This document shows positions 36,225 through 46,996 of a stretch of 64,000 nucleotides of DNA, piece by piece (position 1 is the first letter of the stretch; the number at the start of each line of letters is the position of its first letter). The DNA is from Amphiscolops sp. MND2022. Lineage: Eukaryota. The translations under genes and the position numbers were made by a program. The stretch is taken from the NCBI GenBank assembly GCA_964187785.1, contig OZ076409.1, forward strand, positions 90,150,001 through 90,214,000. The letters run 5' to 3'. The notes under the pieces were generated by a model. It did not search any database and was not told the DNA's origin. It saw nothing but the letters and a program-made list of their open reading frames with translations.

Positions 36225-37420
36225 ATGGAATTATTCTCATTGAAAAATAAATATGCTATGGATAAACCTATTCATAAAATTGATTTTATTAAATACTCAC
36301 CTAGTAGTTTAGCTACAATTAATAATAATAATTCAAATATTTCCATCATCTTCCCAAGAGAAGATGCATATATTTGTTTACAAAACTCATACATATCATT
36401 AGAATTTGAAGTTCTTAAAAATGATGATACAAGATATGCAGATGGTGATCAAATAAGCTTGGTTAACTTTGGACCCGTTGCTTTATTTAGTGAAGTTAAG
36501 TTAACTACTAGTTCAGGTAAACATTTAGAAAAAGTTGATAATCTACACCCAATTTCATTGATGTATAAACTTTTAACATCTAATCAACAAACAAGTCAAT
36601 TGATGTACGGATTTGAAGAATCACAAGCAACTAGAAGACAAGAACTAACAAACAATAAAACAGAAAAAGGAACCTTTTTTGTTAGAATAAAATTAACTGA
36701 TATATTTGGATTTGCTGATCAAGAAAAAATAACTTATGGATTGGGTTATACTCTAACTCTAAAACGAAATAATAATAATGATAGTATCATCAGGGACAAT
36801 GGTGTAGATGCTGCAAAAATAAATATAAAAGCTTAGAAAACCAGCAACTCGTGATGGATCAAATATTAGACAAAGATCCAACTGAAATATATTACATGGA
36901 ACGGATTGTGTTTAGAAAAGATGTTAACACGAATAATAATTGGACATTTGAATTAGGCAGCAGTGGAGAATCGACACCAAGTTTTATAATTGTTGGATTT
37001 CAAGCTAGATATAAAATTTATTCACAAACACATGATAATGCAACATTTGATAGACTTTCAATTAGTAGTGGTGTTTGTAAAATAGGATCAGAAAAATATC
37101 CCGATGATGGAATAGAATGTGATTATGATAGAGATAAATATGATCAAGCATATAGTGAAATTGAAAACTTTTATTTGTTAAAAAGTGAAACTAATCTACT
37201 CAATCCATTTATTGATTTGCACAAATTCAGAACAAATTATAATTTCTATGTATTTGACTTATCAAAACAAAAAGATAATATTGCCAGTCAACCTATTAGA
37301 TTAGAATTCAAATTTAGTGCTGCCATTAATGTAGCAGACTATATAGCTTATGCCCTAGTCCTAACACCCAAACTGATAAGTATCAGCAGTGATGGACAAA
37401 GGCATTTTGATTTATTATAA
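36225..37420 (+). pseudogene. Polinton major capsid protein (double jelly-roll), frameshifted at ~36830
   Basis: Beta-rich ~390 aa; DAYICLQNSYISLEF, NFGPVALFSEVKL, PSFIIVGFQ, IGSEKYP, AYSE and FYVFDLSKQ; expected size and position next to pPolB. Confidence 0.82.
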
Positions 37421-37608
37421 GCAAAGCTCTTTAGTAAAAAAATATTTAAATATATAAATTTAAATATATTAATACAGCTTTGCTGATATGATAAATAAAT
37501 TTATAAAATACTATATTTATTTTTATAAAATGATAATAATTATAAAATGATAATACAATGAATAAATTTATAAAATAATATATTTATTTTTATAAAACAT
37601 GTGCTCGA

Positions 37609-40600
37609 TCACTTATCAACTTCACAAGTTGTTGATGGGTGAGTGCTTGTTTCCAATACCAAACTCCAATATATTTCTTCATCTGTTTTCTTGCTACCGT
37701 CATCATTTATAGTTAAATCTTTATAATACAAACCAATTAATTTCAAACAATATATACAAGGACAATCACCTTGTTGTGTGTGTTTATCCCATGGTAAACT
37801 TTGTATTGGATTTATATACAAACGTTTATCGTCAAAAGGATTCAAACACAACTTAGGTTGTTTTTCAACTGTAAGGTTGTGTAAATTAGATCTAATTGAT
37901 ATATTTGTAGAACTTGATGTTTCTGAATTAAACAATGAATTTTTGTAGTGTTCACATTTGGGAGCTTTTTGTATTCCTTTTTGTTTCGCTTTTTGAACAT
38001 TATTGTAACTAAAAGAATATGACTTTGATCGCAATGCTGTGAAGGTATCTAACACCAAAACTGGACTTGTTTCAATTTTCATTTTTCCTATTACTTTCTT
38101 GTTAATAGGATTATATAATTCATGCGATTTATCCAATTCACTGAAATCAAATTCATCTTTATTTTGTTGTAAAAAGTTTATTAGTTCTTGGTGGTTTGTA
38201 TCAAAACTCAGAATAAAATTATCAGTATCCATGTAGTGTAGTTGTATGGATTGTTTCCAATATGGTTGTAATTTGTTATAATAAAATTCATACATTAATA
38301 GTTTTGATAGTTCTAAAACTGTAAAACCTAAATAAATTGGTTCGTCAAAGACTGTTTTTTCTTTATCAAACTTGTACACACTAAACTTAGAATATTGATC
38401 CACAATGCCTTTGAAACTTAACTTGGATTGTCTTTTTATTATTTGATCTATTTGAGAATGATCAATGAATTCTAGATTGGTTCTATCTCTTACATTTTCC
38501 ATAGTCTTCCCAAAGAAAGCATTATTCATTAATTTATAAAGATCCTTTTCAAAGTTTGTTCTCGCTACTGTGCGTTTCTGAGTATTATGATCGATATATT
38601 TACCTAACCATGGACTTTGTATAAACTTATAGATAGTATGTATCTTCGTTACTTTCATCCCTTGGTTAAGGTAAAACTTAAACATCCTATAATGTATCAT
38701 ATATTTCGATTTATTGGTTACATCACACATAAGTTTTGATGTTGGTTTGTAATTAGGTTGATTTACATTATTCATATAACCTGAGAATAAGTTTGGATCT
38801 GCTTTTGTTTGATATGGACAAAAAGGAAAGTTTTTTGTTTTTTCTTTAATTTCAGCTGGATATTATAACATTAATAATATTAATATTACATTCTATGAAG
38901 TAACCAAATTCATTGTCATCTGGTGTATTGAAAATGTCTTCTTTAATTTCATTCATCAGTACAGAATCATATTCACAACAGAGCTTTATCTTTTTAAAGT
39001 CTCCAGTAGGAAGGTATTGACTCATTGCCCATCCATATAGATTATTTGCATCGATATATAAGATTTGTTTATTTTCATCAGATTGCACATGACGATCTCC
39101 CATAACACTTGAAATTCCTCCACGTATATTGTTTTCTAAAAGTAATAATAATTCTTTACATTTTATATAATCTAATTCAATATTAGTCAACTTCAATCCT
39201 GCTTTCCATGTATAACCAGGTAGAGAGTAACTATACAAAGGATTAATTTTATATTCTCGTGTAGAACTTTCCACAAAGTTTTCAAATACATCAGCTAATT
39301 GAAGAACATCCATTTTTAAATATAACATAGCTAATTCTTGTCCGTTCCTAATTTTATATTTCTCAATTAATTCTTGGGTTCTTTTTATATCATCATCTGA
39401 TGGATAAAATTGTGTTAATGTTGACCAATAATCTTCTTTGGTTAGATTAAGTGATTCGTCAAAATTATCCAACTTAAAATATTCATATGGATAAGCTAAT
39501 TTCTTTTTGAATAAATCATCACTCATTCGTTCCAATTTCATGATAGGAAAATTGTCTAAACTCTTATCTAATTTATTTAAACTGGAAGAAAGAAATCGGT
39601 ATGAATCTAAGAATCTCAAACAACCTACTTGTACACTAACATAATTTTCCAGTGATTTTGGAATTATCGTTGGATTATAATTTTGATTGTATGCTTCGGT
39701 TAAAAGTTCTTCAAATATAAGATGACAATCATACCCAGAAAAGTTATGGAAAAATATAGGAACAAAACTTGATGACCTTTGTTTACAATTTATGTTACAT
39801 ATATTATGAGCTGCTCCTCTGTATTTTCCTGTAAGATGATCATGATCTCTAACCTTAGTATCATCGAGTGGATTTTCACAAAACCAACACTCTTCTGCAA
39901 GTTGAAATGATTCTTCTTCTTGAGGAGTTATTTGTAATTCTAAGTTTGTTTTAAAATATTTATTTGCTTCTAGTTCTAATTTTAACATTTCCTTTACAAA
40001 CCACTTGGTACAATCTATTCCAAAGTATGAATAGTAATAATTTCCGAATGGTGAAATTACATAATATCCTACTGCAATTGGAATTTGTTTGAATAACACG
40101 TTGGGGGTATTTTGAGGTTGATTGATACATTCAAAGTCAGCATATACTCTCATTGGTACAGGGACTTTCATATGATAATCTTCGAACTTTAACTGATCCT
40201 TCCAACTGAATGTGATTTTAGTTGGTTGTTGTTTTATACATCTTTCCATATGATCAATTAGAACTGGTTGTGAACTAAATGCTGTTAAACATCTTCTACA
40301 TACATGTTTCATATGTGAATCTTTATTTATTAAACAATGCAGCTTTGTTATTAGACAATAGTGATTCTCATACAATAACAAATCTATTTGTGGTTGTAAG
40401 TAATTTTTGTTAACGTGGATTGGTGTTAAAACATTTCCAGTGAGTTCAAATACATTTATACACAGTCCAATATTTAAATTTTCAAACTTGGGAATATCTT
40501 TGACTTTCATAGGGAATTCTAAACCTTCTAGGTTGAATTTATCAAAATGTTTTGAATAACTCGATGTTATATTTTTATTATTCTCAACTGGAAATAAATA

Positions 40601-41373
40601 TGCTAATATACACCATAGAAAACTAAATTGATCATTATTTTTTATATTTATTATTGATTGGCTGTTTTTATATTTTGGTGGTAACTCAATGTATGAAGAT
40701 GCTTGAATATCATTAACTTTATATATTTCTAATATAACTTCTTCTACTTCTTGAAATTGAAAACCTGATCCTTCTAATTGTTCATCATCTAATTTCTGCA
40801 TTAATGTGTTATGAGAATCTTGTTGTGTGTGATTATATATTAGATCTGATTTGATCCATCTTTTAAATACTTCTTCTTCTCCATTAACTATTTTTGAAAA
40901 TTTAGCTAGATAACTCAATTGATATTTAAATCGAGGAAAGTACCTTTTACTTATTAATTCTTTTATACGATTTTCAAGATTTTCAGTTGGATTTACTTTC
41001 AATTTAATGTATGTGTTTTCATTCACAATTATATTTACTCCATTACCGGAGGGCAGCAAAGCTGTACCGAAATCTGTAATACAGCTTCGCTGGCTTTGCA
41101 TACCGTTTTGTTGACGGTTTTGTAAATGAATTTCACTTTGGAAATGTCTTGTTGTATCAGATATATATTACTACAATCTTCACACCATATTTTATTGATG
41201 CGGTTTTTATGTTCATCTGAATTTAAATGAGAACTTTTATCTGAGATAGGCATATATAAATAACATTTTTTACAATAATATTGATTTAATTTTTCAAGAT
41301 GTTTTACTGATTTTAAATGATCAGACTTGAAAGCTTTTTTATAATTTAAATTACAAATACTACAATTCTCCAT
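37609..41373 (-). pseudogene. Protein-primed family B DNA polymerase (pPolB) polyprotein, frameshifted
   Basis: N-terminal C2H2-like fingers; VYADFEC, FHNFSGYD and FLDSYRF (exonuclease); CWFC..VRDHDHLTGKYRGAAHNICN (EndoVII-like); YIDANNLYGWAM, YKLMNNAFFGK and YMDTD; breaks at ~41165, ~41100 and ~38860. Confidence 0.95.
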
Positions 41374-42127
41374 TTCTATTTATTAAAGAAAAAATAGTTT
41401 AATTAAAAATTTTTCAATAATAATTTTTCAAAAAAATTGGTGAAAAAATATTTTTATTTTGTGGGTTCAATAAAATTTTCTACTTGTAAAATGTGTGTCT
41501 TGTTATTGTCTATAACTTTGTTCTCCTGTATCATTGCGCTGCGATAAACCAGTTTCGAGAAAATTGAGAAAAACCCAATTTTTACACCTGTTTTGATAGG
41601 TGGTAATTAGTGGGTTGATTTTAGAGAAAAAATTCAGTGACAAAATTTGTGTAACTTTTAATTATCTACAACTTTTATTTCTGTGAATTTTGTCCAAAAT
41701 TATTTCCCGTTGAGATATTAGGCAAACTATCTTTTCCCATGTATTAAGATTAGGTATAATTCACAAGAACTAGAACAACTTCATGGTTGCAAAAAGGAGC
41801 TAAAAAATTGTCAGCGATAAAAGTTTTTGCCAAAAAGTTTGTCACTGAAAAAATTTTTTGCCAAAATTTTTGCCAGCAAAAATATTTTCGCCAAAATTTT
41901 TGCCAGGCTGGCACGAATTCTGGCAAATTTGCTTTGATGTTTCTTTCATGTTTCTCGAGTGTGAAATGTCAATTTGTCTGCATTGCACACTTCACTGCGA
42001 AAATGAATTGAATTGCACATGTTACACTTTTAAGCCAGCGTTGCTGTAATTCATTCCAAAAAATTTTTGCTACACAAATTTTCTCTATTACCATAATGGA
42101 GGTTAGTGAATTTTTGCTTCATGACAA

Positions 42128-42302
42128 AGTTTTTCACTGGAAAAATTTGTGCATCGATTTTTATTTTGTTAAATTTTTAGTTGTGAAAAAAGGCTAGTTT
42201 TTGATGATTTGATTGGTATTTTGTGAAAAAAGATTAATTTTTTTAATGATTTTGCGAACTTAAATTTTTTCTTATGTCAGGAACGGGAATTCGTATACTA
42301 CT
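42128..42302 (-). repeat. Polinton right TIR
   Basis: Reverse complement of 25882-26056; ends ACTACT and is followed by TSD GTTAGC. Confidence 0.95.
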
Positions 42303-43679
42303 GTTAGCGATCCGAGTAATATCTGAAAAATTGAGATATTTTGTTCGGCAGTGAGTATAAGCGTGTACAACAACAAGCGTGGAAACCTCAAGATGTCAAC
42401 TTTTTTCCAGTAAAATTCTTGTGATACTGAAAACGTCAGATATTTTGTTCGGCAGTGACTATGAGCGTGAGAATTAAATTTCTCAAGCTGCCGACGACAA
42501 TTCAATTCTCTTGCGATGAGGCACTATGCGGAGGCCTATTTTTCAATTTTGATGCAGTTTTTGTAGTTTTCGATAGATTCAGTGGGCCAAAACGTTGAAT
42601 TGCGAAAGAACTAGCCATCCAGTACGTTTTTGAAGAGAATTTTGCTGTTTTTTCGCTTGAAAAATACCCCTGAATGACACCAAAATATTCAAAACCAATA
42701 GAATTGGCAACTTTTCAAATTTTTATAGTTCTGATGCAATTTTTGTACTTTTCGTGGATTAAATTATGAGAAAATATTAAGACGAATGAGCCAGGTATCC
42801 AGTACGCTTTTTCGTGGGAAACACTTGCAGTTTCTTGTTGAAAAAGTCAGCCATAACCACGCTGTTTTCGCCGATCCTGATAATGAATGAGTAGTGGCGT
42901 TGTATATGTTTTCACCTGTAGAAAGGTTCCGGTCGGGTCTCAATGAAAAATATATTTGGCTATTGGTGGGGCTCGAACAATTGTGCTTTTTTCATTTCGA
43001 CCGGCAGGGTATTCAACCGCCAGGCTACCGAGCTCTTGCATTGTCATAATTTCAAATAATGTCATTCCGTTTCGTTTGAAATGGTTGTTTTACATGTTTC
43101 AAACTAAACGGGAGCGACATTTCCTTTTCAATTCTTTGGAGAAGTTTGTTTCAAACTCGAAATACTTCCACCACAGCTTAGTTTTAACCAATTTCAGGTC
43201 CCTAATTCCTTACAAATGACATTGTCCAGGCAAACTACGATTAGTTAGCAAACATTTACTGCTTCATGTTATTGTTCTCTTTCATCAGATGACACCGATT
43301 CGTCAGATTCATATGCGCTCCGAAAATGAACGAAAGCTTTCTTTTTCCAACGGAATTTATTCGTTACTATGTCTAGCAACGATTCGCTGCCAAAGACGCA
43401 AGACTAGTGCGTCATAAGAACGAGAAATATAGCATCAGCTTCTTTCCCTTTCAGCTGAAAGTTTGCTATTAACGAAAGTTCTGTCTGAATCCCTGGTTTT
43501 CATTTGCATTGTTGTCAGCAACAAGCCTCTATTTGAGTTAGTTTTTTTTATCATCTAGGGACGATCAACATTGAAAAGGTTGATTCTGAGTTGGGTTGAA
43601 TTGACGTTTTTGTGCAGTGATTGCTGAATGTTTTTGTTGAATAAATGTCTAGTCGCCTGGACAAGAATTAGTGGAAAAT

Positions 43680-45384
43680 TATACCTTCATTTGTAAAAGT
43701 AAAATAAGTAAGCTTTCTTTTTTGAGCAATGATCAAAGTAGTAGTCAGGGTCGATATGGCTAGTTACTTTTGTACAACCAACCAATTCCAAGTCGACAGT
43801 GTTGAATAAATGACTGCGTAAGTAGCTGCATTTGGCTTCGCCTTTTGCATAGATTACTGCGTTTGGAAAGCGAATTTTCAAACTAGTGAAGAATTGGTAA
43901 AAAAATGAGTAGTCGTGAGTTTGAGTTCCAGTCTAGACCATGCAAATGTTTGCTGCACCAAAGATGTACATCTCTCTGCTGGTACTTGATCAATGTGACA
44001 CTGTGGCTTCAGTAGTAATCCTTGGCGGTTTTACAGTATTTTCAAGGGGGATGCTGATTGTGCTAAAACGGCTTTTGCTTACAATAGCCCCTATTTCTTA
44101 CATATTGAAATTATATTGAAACCTGACAGGGTCCCCTATGAGCATTGGCACTTTGGAAAAAGGGGGATGCTACCGCATCCCCCGCATGCCCCCTAAAACC
44201 GCCCCTGTAGTAATGTATCTTGATATGAAGGACCAAAAACTGAAATTTCTTTTGTCAAGTAGGGCTCGTTTTTGTTCTTAAAACCTTTAAAGTCGATATC
44301 AACGTAATCCAACTTTAACATTGTGGGCTCCGAAAGCAGCTTTTGAGCAAGTTCAACTGCAAATATAAAATTGCAATGCTTTCGAGTTGACAGAGAATTT
44401 TATTAGTTGTTTGGAAAAGACAAGCCAAAGGATAAACTTAGCTCGTCTTTAACATCCAGCAGTTTTGATTGTAAATGTCTCTCTGTATAGCTTTTAGAAT
44501 AAATTTGTATCAACCAATGGGTGAATTTCGTAGCATAAACCAATCATGGCACAAAAATGTCATGAAAAATGAGAATTTGTAATCCAATGGTGACAGATTG
44601 CTGTAACGAAAACCTCCCCTTTCTGCATTCCTGCAACCAGAATTCATCATAGTATTGAATTCTGTACCGCAATGCTAGATGCTGCTCTCACTGAACCAAT
44701 AGTTCTGTACTGGTGTTTCCATCCACAATCAACGCCCTTCACAATCAAAACGCGATAAACAGGCAGCAATCGTGTTGCTTGTATAGTTTTCACTAGTCGA
44801 TAGATTTTAGAGTTTTCATACAACCAGTTGAATCGGGGTATTTGTATTTTTCTTCCAGCAGCTCGAATATCCCTCGTTTTTGTAATTGTTTGTAAAGTCC
44901 CATGACATAATTACGGAATCAATGCTACGATCTCTAGTGTATACTTTTCGACAAGCTATTGCCTTTGATTCCCAGTATCTAATGTCATCGATTTAACACT
45001 TTATTTGAATTCTTTTGCGATGCATAGTGTCGACCGTTTCTCGTGATGTAATTGACGAAATGAATCTAATGGTACCACAGGTATTTTTCACACAACGTTT
45101 ACCACCGTAAGGGTCGTGGCATTGGCACGCTTGTACTCAGTCTTCAACGATGAAACATTCCCCCATTCTGGCAGTATCCTTCTGAGTCTTTTGCGCACGT
45201 GGTTACGTTGAGTCCTTGCTCTAGGTGATGAAAAGTATTCAACCGTGTGATATTCGTTATATTCATAATAATCTGTTTGGCTTGATGGTAGCCATAATGT
45301 ACCGGTGGATATAAACGTCAAGGCAACCAGAATGAAAGTTACAAAAACAATGGAAAATCGAACAATCAACTGCCTTTGATTCAT
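43680..45384 (-). pseudogene. Decayed gene for a type II membrane protein (family not recognised)
   Basis: MNQRQLIVRFSIVFVTFILVALTFISTG signal-anchor ORF (45088-45384) followed by stop-ridden coding-like sequence and a MITE insertion. Confidence 0.35.
44021..44207. mobile_element. hAT-like MITE
   Basis: Ends cttggcggtttta / taaaaccgcccctg; near-perfect 8-bp TSD TAGTAATC / TAGTAATG. Confidence 0.55.
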
Positions 45385-45519
45385 TTTCTGATAATAATGA
45401 CCTTGATGATTTTGTCTAATGCAATGTTTCGACTCTCACACTAAAAGTTTGACCTCTATAAGTAAATGCGTTGCAACGAGCTCACGACGCTTTATCTTAA
45501 ATATAATTGCAGCTCGTTG

Positions 45520-45680
45520 AGCTCACCATGGCTCAGTGATAAGCCATCTGACTACGGTCCCATAGGTCAGGGGTTCGACCCCCGCCAACAGCCAAAAATA
45601 TTTTTCATTGAAACCCGACCCGACCCTTTCTACAGGTGAAAACATATACATCGCCACTACTTAAATGATTTCTTTTTTCG
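45520..45680 (+). mobile_element. tRNA(Arg-ACG)-derived SINE-like element; related inverted copy at ~42870-43030
   Basis: A box TGGCTCAGTGA, CTGACTACGG anticodon arm, B box GGTTCGACCCC and a poor acceptor stem. The tail ttcattga..ctttctacaggtgaaaacatatac..gccactact recurs inverted at 42890-42960. Confidence 0.6.
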
Positions 45681-46467
45681 ACGGACATGCCCGACTTTCC
45701 AGGCGCTTGAAAACTTTTTCCAAAAAGATTGAGTTCTTTGAGAAAACAAATTAGTAGCTCCTTTGGTTGTCTGGCATTGGCTGAAATTAGAAGCGTATAC
45801 GGTAAAGCACCGATAGTATTTTGAATAATGCCCAGGAACATGTTATCAATATTAGATTTTCATTGATGCGGCAAAAATCTCGAATTTATTATAGAGGTCT
45901 AATTTTTGAATATTTACAATGAATATCTTCATTTGACGAGTTTTACATCAAACAGTAGTTTTGCTAAAATGACACAGACATATCGGAGTTTCCTATTATT
46001 TGGAATAGTGTAAAAAATAGTGAGTTCCAAATTTTCGATTGAGTTGTCATGCATTCTATCGATCATACTGCCCGCCTTGGTTCATTTCTATCAATATGGA
46101 ATATGCCTAGATTAAACGCAAACAAGAAAATGAATGGAAAGGGGAAACGTCCATCGGTTACTTTAGTTACTAATTAGTATATTCCAGTTGAAGTTTTTTG
46201 AGTTTGGTGATACGTAAGATACCTGGGCAAATAGTCATTGTAGAGATGTGTTTTAATCCATTACATATCTTACGTCATCTACTTCGAGATTCATTGTTTT
46301 TCTTCCAGTTCGATCTTGAAGAATAGAAAACTTTTTCCAGCGCTTCCCCAATCATTATTTTGCTGGCTTCTAGCTTGCCTTATGAAAGTTGAAATCTTTT
46401 ATTGCGCTTGTTTAATGGGAAGCCACAAGCGAACTCGTCTAGTCGTTTCAAATCAGTTATTGTGGAG

Positions 46468-46817
46468 CAGAGTTTTGACACCGCTAATCAGCGATTTAGC
46501 GACTTAGCGGCCGCGCGGATTTTTTTCAGCGATTTTATTAGCGATTCAAATTAGCGGCAACTAATAAATTGTTCAAATTCAAAATTTCCTCGGAAAATAC
46601 CAGGAGTTTTAAAATGAATTTCGAAAAATACCAACTCTTCATTTGTAAAACCCACTTAGTATAAGAAAAATCTAGTTTTTTCTTGCAAAAATTGAATCAA
46701 GTTATTGTTCATGGTTGATGCACTTAATGGTTGAAGAAAAAGTTTTTCAGCGCAATAGCGATTTCGAAATTAGCGGTTTAGCGATTAGCGAAAAAAATTA
46801 GCGATGTCAAAACTCTG
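46468..46817. mobile_element. hAT-type MITE
   Basis: 13-bp TIR CAGAGTTTTGACA, perfect 8-bp TSD TTGTGGAG and subterminal TAGCG repeats; a related inverted copy lies at ~58584-58924. Confidence 0.88.
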
Positions 46818-46996
46818 TTGTGGAGTGCGGTTCAAAAAATGCATTTGTCGTTCTTGTCAAGTTGTCGTCGGTTACCAATAACCATTATTTTCAGCCCTAT
46901 CAATGAAGGAGACTTGAACTAAACAGGCAAATATTGGCACTGTGATCTTCCGTGAACTTTGAGATCAAGATATTTTAGTATTTTTCAGAGAAGTAC

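Larger units (their letters stand above)
25882..42302. mobile_element. Polinton/Maverick (adintovirus-like) endogenous virus, full length, decayed
   Basis: Termini 5'-AGTAGT...ACTACT-3', ~175-bp imperfect TIRs, 6-bp TSD GTTAGC (25876-25881, 42303-42308). AT-rich, intronless, compact genes for PRO, mCP, two ATPases, INT, MCP and pPolB. Confidence 0.96.

Noticed and set aside
41400..42127. Extra Polinton gene or origin in the right subterminal region (AAAATTTTTGCCA repeats at ~41820-41930)
   Set aside because: No credible ORF; the repeats are real, but there is no evidence for a function.
45520..45595. Functional tRNA genes here, at ~50577-50650 and at ~8195-8275 (minus)
   Set aside because: Acceptor and anticodon stems pair poorly, and the first two are attached to repeat sequence; treated as tRNA-derived repeats.
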